Positions 20,821-30,307 of a stretch of DNA of 64,000 nt are shown here, one piece after another. A program made the position numbers and the translations under genes. Position 1 is the stretch's first letter. Each line of letters begins with the position of its first letter. The notes beneath the pieces were generated by a model that had not been told where the DNA came from, made no database searches, and saw only the letters and a program-made list of their open reading frames with translations. This stretch comes from Myxococcales bacterium (lineage in GTDB: Bacteria; Myxococcota_A; Polyangia; Polyangiales; Polyangiaceae), in assembly GCA_043747615.1 (NCBI GenBank), contig JAYTOU010000076.1, forward strand, positions 1-64,000, written 5' to 3'.

Positions 20821-22236
20821 TCAAACCTTCGCCTTCTTTGCGATGCGTCGAAAGTTCGACCGATCGAGCCCCGCATGACGCGCGGCGGCCGAGAAATTAC
20901 CATCAACCCGCCTCAAGGTCTCGCGAACGTACTCTTCATCGAAGGCCGCCAACGCCCGACGCTTGGCCTCCGCATAAGAGAGCTGGGTGAGCTCGGCCGG
21001 CATGGGACGCACGATGGACGGCGCCTCCGCCTCGGGGAAGCGGGAGCGCCTGCCGAGCAGCGCCGCGGGGAGATCGGTAGGGTGGATCGAGTTGCCCTTC
21101 GCGAGAACGAAGGCGTGCTCGAGGGCGTGCTCGAGCTCGCGAACGTTTCCCGGCCAACCGTACCCGCGCAGTGCGTCGATCGCACCGGGGATCAATTTCT
21201 TCGCGTCGCGCCCCATTCGCCGGGCGAGCTTTTCGAGAATGTAATGCGCGATGACGATCACGTCGTCTTCCCTGTCTCGAAGCGGAGGAAGCACGATAGG
21301 GATGACGTTCAGCCGGTAGTAGAGATCCTTCCGAAAGGTGCCATGGGCGATGGCTTGTTTGAGATCGACGTTCGTCGCCGAGAGCACGCGGACGTCGACG
21401 ATGCGTGTCTCGTCCGAGCCGACCGGCTTGATCTCGCCCTCTTGCAGCGCGCGTAAAAGCTTCACTTGCGCGGTCGGCGGGAGCTCCCCGACCTCGTCGA
21501 GAAAGAGGGTCCCGGTGTTCGCGGTCTCGAAGAGGCCTGCGCGCGCGTTCTGGGCGCCGGTGAACGCGCCACGTACGTGTCCGAAGAGCTCGCTCTCGAC
21601 GAGGTCCTTCGGGATGGCCGCGCAGTTCACGGGGACGAAGGGCTTCGCGGAGCGGGGCGAGTTTTGGTGAATGGCGCGCGCTACGAGCTCCTTGCCGGTG
21701 CCGCTCTCGCCGAGAATGAGGACCGTCGACGTCGCTGAAGCCACGCCATCGATGAGACGATAGACGTCCTGCATCTTGGCGGACGTGCCGATGAAAGCAC
21801 CGAATCGCTCGTGGGCCACGAGTCGTTCCTCGAGGTGCGTGGCGCGTTCGACGAGGGCGCGATGCTCCGCCGCCTTGCTCACCGACATGACGACCGCGTC
21901 ATTTGAGGCGAACGGTTTGGTAAGAAAGTCGTAGGCCCCGGCTTTCACCGCGGCGACCGCGATATCCACGTTCCCGTGCGCGGTCATCATCACCACCTCT
22001 ACGTGCGGATGCGTACGCTTTGTCGCGGTGAGCACTTCGAGACCGCTCATCCCATGCATCGATATGTCGCACAGGACGACATCGGGCTCTTTGGCCGCGA
22101 TCTGCGCGAGAGCATGGGCCCCGCCGTCGGCCGTCTCTACGATGAAACCGCGCGCACCAAGCACGCGCGCGAGGCTGCGCCTGAGACCGGCCTCGTCATC
22201 CACGATGAGCACGCGGGTCGGAGGCCTCGCGCTCAT
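20821..22236 (-). CDS. Sigma54-dependent response regulator (NtrC family)
   Basis: REC (VLIVDDE, VLCD, MMTAHG, FLTKPF), GESGTGKELVARAIH, GAFTGA, LFLDEVGE, WPGNVREL, Fis-type HTH. Confidence 0.95.
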   Translation of the reverse strand: MSARPPTRVLIVDDEAGLRRSLARVLGARGFIVETADGGAHALAQIAAKEPDVVLCDISMHGMSGLEVLTATKRTHPHVEVVMMTAHGNVDIAVAAVKAGAYDFLTKPFASNDAVVMSVSKAAEHRALVERATHLEERLVAHERFGAFIGTSAKMQDVYRLIDGVASATSTVLILGESGTGKELVARAIHQNSPRSAKPFVPVNCAAIPKDLVESELFGHVRGAFTGAQNARAGLFETANTGTLFLDEVGELPPTAQVKLLRALQEGEIKPVGSDETRIVDVRVLSATNVDLKQAIAHGTFRKDLYYRLNVIPIVLPPLRDREDDVIVIAHYILEKLARRMGRDAKKLIPGAIDALRGYGWPGNVRELEHALEHAFVLAKGNSIHPTDLPAALLGRRSRFPEAEAPSIVRPMPAELTQLSYAEAKRRALAAFDEEYVRETLRRVDGNFSAAARHAGLDRSNFRRIAKKAKV

Positions 22237-22666
22237 GAAGATCTCCCGTACGCGTGCGGCGCATGGGCCATCCCGTGCTGCTGGAACACGCAGGTGCGAT
22301 TCATGCCGCCCCGCTTGGCGCGAGCGAGAGCGAGATCTGCGCACTGGAGAAGCGCTTCTTTCACGCGCACGTCCCGGCTCGGAAAAAAGGAGATCCCGAT
22401 CGACAGGACACCGGTTCCGCGCCGGCGCGGGAGGACCATTCCTTGGCCGCGAACGCGCGCCAGATCTTCTCTGCCATGCGAACGGCTCCGACGAAGTGGG
22501 TGGCGGGCAAGAGAAGCAGGTCCACGTCGCCGCGGCAAGCGAGCTCGATCGCGCGCTGCCCATCGGGGACCGACGCCACCACGTACCCGGCCGTCTCGAG
22601 GAGCTTGGTCAAGACCTCGCGTGTCGCCGCTTCATCATCGGCGATGACGATCCTCATTTTAGGCAT
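22233..22666 (-). pseudogene. Remnant of a REC-GGDEF (PleD-like) diguanylate cyclase with an internal deletion and a frameshift
   Basis: MRIVIADDE..GDVDLLLL (half REC) joins directly to LLPATHFVGAVRMAEKIWR (post-GGDEF segment). A second frame then gives LSIGISFFPS..LLQCADLALARAKRGGMNR. Its stop overlaps the NtrC start (ATGA). Confidence 0.8.
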
Positions 22667-22689
22667 TCTAGTCCGACCATCGGGAGGAT

Positions 22690-25242
22690 GTGGGCTGTCC
22701 CAAAATATCGAACGAGGGACAGCCACTTGGCCGCTTGGGAGATCTTCTCCTTGTCGGAACTGGGCTACTTCGGACAGACTACGGAGCCTTGAGCCGTCGC
22801 GACCCGAAACGAGGTTCGGAGGATCCGACGCAAAGCGAGCGTCCGTCCCCCTTGGACAGGCATGCGAAGCCCCCTGCGAATGTTGAAAAGCTCGCGGCCG
22901 TGAGCCCTTTTCGAGCCCCGGATGGCGCCGAGAATCCCACCGTCTACGCCGGAAGGTACGAGCTCGTCGGGCTCCTCGGCGTCGGCGGAATGGGATCAGT
23001 CTACCGCGTGCACGATCTTCTTCTGGACGTGACGATCGCGCTCAAGCTTCTGCGGAAAGACTTCGCCACGAACCCGGCGAGCGTGCAGCGTTTCTATCGT
23101 GAGGTTCGGCTGGCGCGGCGCATCACTCACCGCAACGTCGTGCGGATCTACGACGTCGAGGAGTACCTCGGCGAATACTTTCTGACGATGGAATGCATCG
23201 AAGGAGATTCGCTCGGGACGATGCTGAACCCGGGGAAGCCGCTCGAAATCGACCATGCGCTGGAGATCGGTCGCCAGGTCGCGCTCGGTATCGATGCCTC
23301 GCACGCCGAGGGCGTCATTCACTGCGATCTCAAGCCCGAAAACATCTTGCTCGGCAAAGACGAGCGGGTGGTCCTCACCGATTTTGGGGTAGCGATCGCA
23401 GAGGGAGAAGCGCGCCCTGTCCTCCCCGGGTCTGCCGGTGGAACGCCGATCTACATGGCACCCGAGCAAATCGAAGGACGCGCCGTCGACCAGCGAACCG
23501 ACGTTTTTGCACTCGGGATTTTGCTCTACGAGATGCTGACCGGGAGCCCGCCGTGGAGCCTCGATCGAGGAAGTGCGGCCGCCAGCGTCGCGCGGCTCAG
23601 CGTGCCTGCGAGCGATCCGCGTCAGAGGAATGCCGAGATTCCCGCGGACGTCGCGGTCTTCGTACTTCGCATGCTCGCTCGCGAGGCAGCACAGCGGCCA
23701 GGAACGGCGATCAGTGTGGCCAAGACGCTCGCGGCTTCGCTCGATGCGCGTCGCAGTGGCGACAAGCGCGCCGCGACGAGCGTGCGCTTGCCTCCTTCGT
23801 CGTCGCCGATGGAGCCCGCGCAAATTCTCACGACGAATACGCCTCACGCTCGCGGGGTCGCCGTCCTCAGCTTCCGCAACTTGGGAGACTCGAGCAGCGC
23901 TTATCTTGCAGAGGCGATGACCGACGAGATCGTTCAACATCTCGCGAAGGCGCCTGGCCTACGCGTGGCCTCGCGCGCCTCCTTCCGGGCGGACGAGGTG
24001 CCGGGTGAGGCCCTCCGAACGCTCGGGAAGCGCCTCGGCGTGCATGCGATCGTAGAGGGAACGATTCGTGCTCGTAGCAACGGCACGATGCACATTGGCG
24101 TCCGCCTCGTCGAGGTCGACCGCGGATTTGCGCTCTTCAGCACCCAGATAGAACGCAAGGCGCACGAAGTGTTCAGTGTGAGCCGTGAGCTCGCCACAGA
24201 CGTCGCCCGCGCCCTCACCGTCGATCTTGGGGGCATGCGCGGACGCGCTCCCGCCGCTCCGGGTGTGGTCGATCGTTTTCTCCGCGCCAGGCGCGAATAC
24301 GCTACCCACACCTTGGCGGGTGTCTCCGAAGCCTACCGTTTGATCAAGAGCCTCGGCGCCTCGCAGCGCAATCCGCTGGTCGCAAGCTGGATGGCGCTGG
24401 CCAGGCTTCGCTGGTGGGGCTTTGCACCGGAGCTCGGGAGCACGGCCTCCGACGAAGTCGAGACACTCGCGCGGAGCCTCATCGCCGAAGATCCGACGCT
24501 CGGCGAAGCGCACCTCGCGCTCGCGGTCCTCCATGACCTGGTGGGCAGGAGCAGTTTGGCAACGAAGGCCGCGACGGAGGCCGTGCGCTGCAATCCGACA
24601 CTCGGTGAAGCGCATCTTCTCCTCGGCACCCTCTACGCGGAGACGGGCAACGTCGAAGAGGGCATCCGCCGCCTCAAGCTCTCGCTTCGCCTCGACCCTC
24701 GCAATTTTCTCTCCCTCCTCGAGCTGGCGCGTACCGCCGAGCTCACGGGCGACGCCGACGGCGCCGACGCCTGGCTGACCCTCGCCGAGCAACGCGCCCC
24801 AGGGCACGTCCAACCCGCTCTTCTGCGGGTGCGGATTGCATCCTGGAGGGGCGCGAAGAAGGGCCTCGCCGACGCCCGGCAGCAGGCAATTGCCGTTGCG
24901 AAGAAGGCTCTACCTGCGGAAGCCGACGCACTTCACCTCTTCGCGCTCGACGAAAGCGAAGTGCGCGTCGGGCGGCTCATGGTCTCCGCGGCGCTTCCGG
25001 GAGCGTCGGCGCGCTACCGCTGGACGCTAATGCAGCTCGTGGCCGAGGAGCGGGCCATCAAAAAGGATTTCCACGGGGCATTGAGCGCGGTGCGCAGCGC
25101 CCAAAGCGCTGGCTTCGTCGACGTTCTGTGGCTCGAGAAGTGCGCGGCCTTCGACAAGTTGCGCATCGACCCGGCGTTCGAAGCCGTTCGGCGTACGATC
25201 TCTCAGCGCGCGCGGACCACCTTCGCCGGCCCCGACGCCTGA
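22690..25242 (+). CDS. Ser/Thr protein kinase with TolB-N-like and TPR domains (cytoplasmic)
   Basis: GVGGMGSVY, ALK, HCDLKPEN, DFG, YMAPE; VAVLSFRNLG..LAEAMTDEI..LRVASRAS; TPRs. True start probably downstream (e.g. GTG 22900). Confidence 0.9.
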   Translation: MGCPKISNEGQPLGRLGDLLLVGTGLLRTDYGALSRRDPKRGSEDPTQSERPSPLDRHAKPPANVEKLAAVSPFRAPDGAENPTVYAGRYELVGLLGVGGMGSVYRVHDLLLDVTIALKLLRKDFATNPASVQRFYREVRLARRITHRNVVRIYDVEEYLGEYFLTMECIEGDSLGTMLNPGKPLEIDHALEIGRQVALGIDASHAEGVIHCDLKPENILLGKDERVVLTDFGVAIAEGEARPVLPGSAGGTPIYMAPEQIEGRAVDQRTDVFALGILLYEMLTGSPPWSLDRGSAAASVARLSVPASDPRQRNAEIPADVAVFVLRMLAREAAQRPGTAISVAKTLAASLDARRSGDKRAATSVRLPPSSSPMEPAQILTTNTPHARGVAVLSFRNLGDSSSAYLAEAMTDEIVQHLAKAPGLRVASRASFRADEVPGEALRTLGKRLGVHAIVEGTIRARSNGTMHIGVRLVEVDRGFALFSTQIERKAHEVFSVSRELATDVARALTVDLGGMRGRAPAAPGVVDRFLRARREYATHTLAGVSEAYRLIKSLGASQRNPLVASWMALARLRWWGFAPELGSTASDEVETLARSLIAEDPTLGEAHLALAVLHDLVGRSSLATKAATEAVRCNPTLGEAHLLLGTLYAETGNVEEGIRRLKLSLRLDPRNFLSLLELARTAELTGDADGADAWLTLAEQRAPGHVQPALLRVRIASWRGAKKGLADARQQAIAVAKKALPAEADALHLFALDESEVRVGRLMVSAALPGASARYRWTLMQLVAEERAIKKDFHGALSAVRSAQSAGFVDVLWLEKCAAFDKLRIDPAFEAVRRTISQRARTTFAGPDA

Positions 25243-26330
25243 CCGAGAATTTTCTTGGCGAGCGCGCTCACCCCGCGGTCGAGGATGCGCGAGCGCTCGA
25301 CGAGCTCGATCGCGTCGTAGTCGACAGCGGTTTCCCCGAGCGAAGGGGCTTCGCCGCGAAGGGTCGCGTGGTGAACGCTCATCGTGATCCGCCGATGAGA
25401 GAGCACGTGCTTCACCTCACCGAACTCGTGCAGCGACGGCAAGCCCACGCCAAGCAGCTGCTCGAACGCAGCGCGCGGGTTCGCGCTCAGCGGCACCGTC
25501 GGCGGCTCCCACAACCCACCGAAGAGACGATCTTGGCGACGCCGCGCAAGGAGCACGCGCGTTCCCTTCGAACCGACGAGCGCCATCCCGCTCCAGGCGA
25601 TCGGCTTCGATTTCGCCTTTAAAATAGGCAGCTCCCGCTCCCGCCCCTGTGCGAGCGCTTGGCACGACGCGCGGACGGGACACGCGAGGCAGCGGGGATC
25701 GTGTGGCACGCACACCATGGCGCCGAGCTCCATCAAGGCTTGGTTCCAGTCACCCGCGCCGACGAGGGGGACGAGCTCGCCGGCGATCGTCCAGATCGTG
25801 GCGAGACCAGCGGTGGTTCGGACGTCGTCATCGACCGCGAAAATTCGCGCGAGCACCCTGGCCACGTTGCCGTCCACGAGCGGCGCTGGGTGACCGAAGG
25901 CTATGCTGGCTACGGCGCCCGCAGTGTAAGGACCGATCCCCTGCACCTCGAGGAGCGCCTCGGGTGACGAGGGAAACTGGCCGTTCATCTCGCTCGTCAC
26001 TTGCTTGGATGCAGAATGCATCATTCGGGCACGACGGTAGTAGCCGAGGCCGCTCCACAGGGCGAGCACGTCATCGAGCGGCGCCTCGGCGAGCGAGCTC
26101 ACCGTGGGGAACGCCGCCATGAAACGCTCGTAGTACGGAATCACGGTCTCCACGCGCGTCTGTTGGAGCATGATTTCGCTGAGCCAGATGGCGTACGGAT
26201 CGCGGGTGCGTCGCCACGGCAAATCGCGGCGAGCGCCGGCGTACCAGGCGAGGAGCGCGCTCCGGAGGGACGAGGATTGCGCTTCGCCACGGGCGTGCGC
26301 ATGTTTGGGTTGTCCAACCTCGGTCTTCAT
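25203..26330 (-). CDS. mutY: A/G-specific adenine glycosylase MutY
   Basis: RDLPWR..DPYAIWLSEIMLQQT, WSGLGYY, GIGPYTAGA, VDGNVARV, CX6CX2CX5C cluster, NUDIX-like C-terminus. Start uncertain. Confidence 0.95.
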   Translation of the reverse strand: MKTEVGQPKHAHARGEAQSSSLRSALLAWYAGARRDLPWRRTRDPYAIWLSEIMLQQTRVETVIPYYERFMAAFPTVSSLAEAPLDDVLALWSGLGYYRRARMMHSASKQVTSEMNGQFPSSPEALLEVQGIGPYTAGAVASIAFGHPAPLVDGNVARVLARIFAVDDDVRTTAGLATIWTIAGELVPLVGAGDWNQALMELGAMVCVPHDPRCLACPVRASCQALAQGRERELPILKAKSKPIAWSGMALVGSKGTRVLLARRRQDRLFGGLWEPPTVPLSANPRAAFEQLLGVGLPSLHEFGEVKHVLSHRRITMSVHHATLRGEAPSLGETAVDYDAIELVERSRILDRGVSALAKKILGQASGPAKVVRAR

Positions 26331-26352
26331 TTTTTTGGGGGAAAATTTCCGC

Positions 26353-26568
26353 ATGTCGAGCCCTTCGAAGCGCCCTGATCCCGGCATCGCCGCCGTCCTG
26401 TCTTTGGTCGTCCCCGGCGTCGGCCAGTTCTACAACGGCAAGTTCCTGCGCGGGATCTTTTGGTTGATCGTCACGCCGGGCTTGTGGATTGGCTCGGGCG
26501 GCACCCTCGGCTGGGTGTGTCACCTGATCTCCGCGTATACCGCGTACAGCTACGCGAAGAGCGTCTGA
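26353..26568 (+). CDS. Small TM2-like membrane protein
   Basis: PGIAAVLSLVVPGVGQFYNG..GIFWL; 71 aa from the ATG at 26353. Confidence 0.75.
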   Translation: MSSPSKRPDPGIAAVLSLVVPGVGQFYNGKFLRGIFWLIVTPGLWIGSGGTLGWVCHLISAYTAYSYAKSV

Positions 26569-26569
26569 G

Positions 26570-28564
26570 CTACCGCTCGACCTTGTAGCTCAGCGCGAAC
26601 TGGCCCTCATTGCCCGAGGCGTGCCCGTCGACCACGACGTAGTACGTGCCGGGGTCGAGGGCGGTTGCGATCCCCGCGTGATGGATGTCGTCCGTGTCGT
26701 TGTTGCACGCAAGCTCGGACGCGCGCGAAGAGTCGACGCAGCTTCGACGAAGGGCGATGACGCCGTCCCATCCAAGGGTCTGAAGAGAGAGCTTTACCTT
26801 GGACCGCGTGGCGAGAACGATTTTAAAGACGCGATCGGGTGACGCTTGTCCGTCCTCCCGGCCCGCGCACGAGGTCGAGAAATTGTCACCTGCGCCGGTG
26901 GTGTTGCCGGCCACCGTCTGTCCGTCGCGCAAGAAGGCGGCGCCGCGGCACGCGGACTCTTGGCCCCCCACGTCGCGCACCCGCCAGTCGAACTCGAATT
27001 TTCCAAGGCCGTCGGGCGTCACCCCATCGACCGCAAGCGAATAGCTCCCCGCAGCGAGCGTCTCGTCGAGCACTTCGCCGCACGTGATTTCGGTGCTCTT
27101 GTCTCCACACGAGCGACCGAGAATGAAGATGTGCTTTCCCTCTTCGCCGTTGAAGCGCGCCGTCACCCGGGCGCGTTTCGCGAGATCGACGCGGTAGACG
27201 ACATCCGCCGCACCGCCTCCGCCGCAGCGTCCACCGACGTCGTCGTGGGCGAGAAACGTGTCTCCGCTGACCGTGGTCTCGTCCTTCCCGAGCCGCACGG
27301 CGTCCCCGCATCCGTCGCCCAACGTCCCCGTACCTTGCTCCGGCGACACTTCCATCGCCAAGGTAAAGCGCCCCGCCGCTTGGCGATCGGAGGAGTCGGC
27401 AAACACGGCGTACGAGCCGGGATCCAGGATTCCGACGAACGCGGCTTCGCTGTCGACGGTGCTCGCGTCGGAGCAGCCGACCTCCGTTTGCTCGTCGGCG
27501 CAGAGCTTTCGTACGTGCACCACGGGCGCGCCATCGTCCATGTGCTCGGTCAGCCGTACGCGGGAGCGAAGCGCGACGTCGACTTTGTAGACGACGTCCG
27601 GGCCGCCGGCATTGTCGCCGCACGAGGCCTGCACGTGGTTGAATCCCGCCTCGATCGACCCGCTGATCGGTGTGCCGGGCCCGAGCGGCCGCGCCTGCTT
27701 GCACACCTCGGCGAGCGTTGGAGCATCGGACATTCCGAGAGCCAAACGGAAAGAGCCCGCCTCGTTTCCGACCCCGTCGACGAAGAGAAAATAGGATCCG
27801 GGCTCGACCACCGTGTCGATCTTCGAAGCGTGACCGTGCCGCGCATCGTCGTCGTTGCACGCGACCTCGGTCTCTGCGTCTTGATCGCTACATTCACCTT
27901 TTCGCAGATAAATGACCGCGTCGAAATGAGGATCGACATCGATGGTGACGCGCTGGCGACTGGGGACGTCGATGCGGTAGACCAGCTCGCGCGCCGAGCC
28001 GCTTCCGCAGGAGCCGTCGTTCTCGCTTTCGGCGTGCGACGTCGATCCGTTGACCGTCCCCACCGCGATCACGATGGGAGACGCGCATGTGCCGGCGCCC
28101 GTGGGAGCGACGACCGTCGCCATGTTCGCCTGCCCTCCGCCGACGCCTCCGGCCCACGTCGCGGTCACGAAGCTCCCCGCGCCCGCCGCCATCGTGATCA
28201 CCAGCGTGTAGGTGCCTGCGCTCTCGACGCAGGCGCGCACCACCGCTTGCGGCTCGCGGGTCGTGTCGTGCGCCAGCGATTTTCCGGAGACATCGAGGAG
28301 CGTGATGTCGAGGTCGCGCACGCCGTCCGCACCGAGGGCGACCACCGTCGTGCACTGTGCAGGAAGCTCGAGGACTACGCGCGCTTCGCGACCCTCGGCA
28401 AGCGAGCCTTGCTGGATCGGCCCTACCTGCGCGAGCCCCATCGCGGCGAACGCATTGTGGAGCGCGACGTAGCGAGGCTCGAGCTCTCCGTGGGAAGCCG
28501 CTCCGCAACCTTGCGCGAGGGCAGTCACCCCGAGCACACCTAACGCGAGTGGGAAAAAGCGCAT
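26570..28564 (-). CDS. Lipoprotein with about five Cys-rich PPC (pre-peptidase C-terminal)-like repeats
   Basis: Lipobox LAQGC; repeated C..SC..(D/E)xV(Y/F)..ACN(D/N)D..L(D/E)PG(S/T)Y..VDG units; no catalytic domain seen. Confidence 0.8.
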   Translation of the reverse strand: MRFFPLALGVLGVTALAQGCGAASHGELEPRYVALHNAFAAMGLAQVGPIQQGSLAEGREARVVLELPAQCTTVVALGADGVRDLDITLLDVSGKSLAHDTTREPQAVVRACVESAGTYTLVITMAAGAGSFVTATWAGGVGGGQANMATVVAPTGAGTCASPIVIAVGTVNGSTSHAESENDGSCGSGSARELVYRIDVPSRQRVTIDVDPHFDAVIYLRKGECSDQDAETEVACNDDDARHGHASKIDTVVEPGSYFLFVDGVGNEAGSFRLALGMSDAPTLAEVCKQARPLGPGTPISGSIEAGFNHVQASCGDNAGGPDVVYKVDVALRSRVRLTEHMDDGAPVVHVRKLCADEQTEVGCSDASTVDSEAAFVGILDPGSYAVFADSSDRQAAGRFTLAMEVSPEQGTGTLGDGCGDAVRLGKDETTVSGDTFLAHDDVGGRCGGGGAADVVYRVDLAKRARVTARFNGEEGKHIFILGRSCGDKSTEITCGEVLDETLAAGSYSLAVDGVTPDGLGKFEFDWRVRDVGGQESACRGAAFLRDGQTVAGNTTGAGDNFSTSCAGREDGQASPDRVFKIVLATRSKVKLSLQTLGWDGVIALRRSCVDSSRASELACNNDTDDIHHAGIATALDPGTYYVVVDGHASGNEGQFALSYKVER

Positions 28565-28568
28565 GAAA

Positions 28569-30221
28569 CTATCGGTACGGATTGTGCGAAATGTCGTCCG
28601 GTACCGCCGGTGACGGAGCGACGGATGCGCTGGGGGCCGCAGGCGAGAGCTTCGTCCCAGGTTTCTGCACCGGAGGGTGTGGTGGGCGGGCTCCCGTCTT
28701 GACTACGCTCGCCGAGCTCACGGGCGCGGCGACGCTGGCACTCGGTGCGACGGCGACGTTCGTCGGCGATGCCGGCACGACTGCGCTCGGCGCAGGGAGC
28801 GCGCTGGGAACGACGGTGGCGCTCGGAGGAACCGGCGGCACCGTGGCCAGCGGCGGATTGGAGCGCCACCTCCCGACCGCGAAGGCTGCGCCCGCGAGCA
28901 AGCCGATGGCAAGCACGGTCATCCAAACACTGGTCCGTCGTCGGCCGACCTCCGTCGTCGTGGTCTGCTGCGCCGTCACCGACGAGGCCGTCGAGACTTC
29001 CGCATTGCCGGAGGTGGAAGCGCTCGGAACGGCGAGCACCGCGGACGAGACGCCTGACACCGTCGCGTGTTCACTACCCGTCGTCGAGGAGAGACTCCCC
29101 GAGCTCGTCGGGGTTCGCGTGACGCGCCCCGCTTCCACCTTCGTGAGCGACATCAGCTCGCTCGGAACGGCAGCCTTTTTGCGAGGGGCTGGACCATCGA
29201 GGCGCGGGTCCCCCTGCTTGCTCGGCTCACTCCGCGCGATCCACGCGCGCACCGCCTCGCGCTGCTGTGAGATGTCGGCGCCCATGATCGCATCGAGGTG
29301 CGTCTGCACGTCACGGTGCGAGCCGAAGGCGTTGGCTTCCGTCGCCGCTTTCTCGAGCGCGTCGGCGAAATCGCGCGCCGTTGCGTAACGCTTGTCGGGA
29401 TCGCGTTCGAGGGCCTTCATGCACGCGGCGTCGAGCGCCGGATGCGCCTCCGGATTGGCGTCGAGGAGCGTGGGAATCGCCTCGTGGATGACGCGGTTGA
29501 GGGTCTCGGCCTCGCCGTCCCCTTTGAAGAGACGCTTTCGCGCGAGGACCTCCCAGAGAACGATCCCCATCGCAAAAAGATCCGCTCGGCGGTCGACGCC
29601 TTTTCCGCGAGCTTGCTCCGGCGCCATATACGCGAGCTTGCCTTTGAGCTGACCGGAGCGCGTCGTCGTGAGACGCGTCGACGCACGCGCGACGCCGAAG
29701 TCGGTGATGCGGGTAGAGCCGTCGACGCCGACCAAAATATTTTGCGGAGACACGTCTCGGTGCACGATTTCCAGGCCATTGCCATCGTCGTCGACGAGCT
29801 CGTGGGCGGCATGGAGGCCAGCGAGCGCGTCTATCACGACGCGGACGGCGACCTTCACGGGCATCGGATTTCCGGACGTCGCAGAGCGTGCCATCAGACG
29901 GGCGAGCGTGTCTCCCTCGATGTACTCCATGACGAGGTAGTAGCCGTCCTCGGCCGCGCCGATCTCCAGGATGGGAACCACGTTCGGATGATGGAGTCGG
30001 GCGGCGAGCCGGGCCTCGTCGAGGAACATTTGGATGAAATCGTGCTCCCCCGCGAGGTGGGGATGGAGCCGCTTGATCGCGACAAAGCGCTGGAAGCCGC
30101 CCACGCCGCTCAAACGCGCAAGGAACACCGTCGCCATGCCACCACTGGCCAGCTCGGCGATCAGCTCGAATCGACCGAGTCGCTCGTTCGTGCCTTCTTT
30201 TCGTTCCAGAAACTTGGGCAG
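28569..30221 (-). CDS. Membrane-anchored Ser/Thr protein kinase
   Basis: RLGRFELIAELASGGMATV, VAIK, HRDVSPQN, DFG, YMAPE, one TM segment, Pro/Ala-rich tail ending NPYR. Subdomain I lies upstream of the first ATG (30137); CTG start at 30221 inferred. Confidence 0.9.
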   Translation of the reverse strand: MPKFLERKEGTNERLGRFELIAELASGGMATVFLARLSGVGGFQRFVAIKRLHPHLAGEHDFIQMFLDEARLAARLHHPNVVPILEIGAAEDGYYLVMEYIEGDTLARLMARSATSGNPMPVKVAVRVVIDALAGLHAAHELVDDDGNGLEIVHRDVSPQNILVGVDGSTRITDFGVARASTRLTTTRSGQLKGKLAYMAPEQARGKGVDRRADLFAMGIVLWEVLARKRLFKGDGEAETLNRVIHEAIPTLLDANPEAHPALDAACMKALERDPDKRYATARDFADALEKAATEANAFGSHRDVQTHLDAIMGADISQQREAVRAWIARSEPSKQGDPRLDGPAPRKKAAVPSELMSLTKVEAGRVTRTPTSSGSLSSTTGSEHATVSGVSSAVLAVPSASTSGNAEVSTASSVTAQQTTTTEVGRRRTSVWMTVLAIGLLAGAAFAVGRWRSNPPLATVPPVPPSATVVPSALPAPSAVVPASPTNVAVAPSASVAAPVSSASVVKTGARPPHPPVQKPGTKLSPAAPSASVAPSPAVPDDISHNPYR

Positions 30222-30307
30222 AAGCGCCTCCCAATTCGATTAAACCACCTTTTTTTCCGCAGCGCTCGTTTGCCGTGGGTGCGGAGGTGGGCCTTCGATA
30301 AGCGGTT

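Noticed and set aside
22237..22563. 109-aa N-terminal extension of the NtrC ORF
   Set aside because: Overlaps the REC-GGDEF remnant; the REC domain starts right after the ATG at 22236, which has an ATGA overlap.
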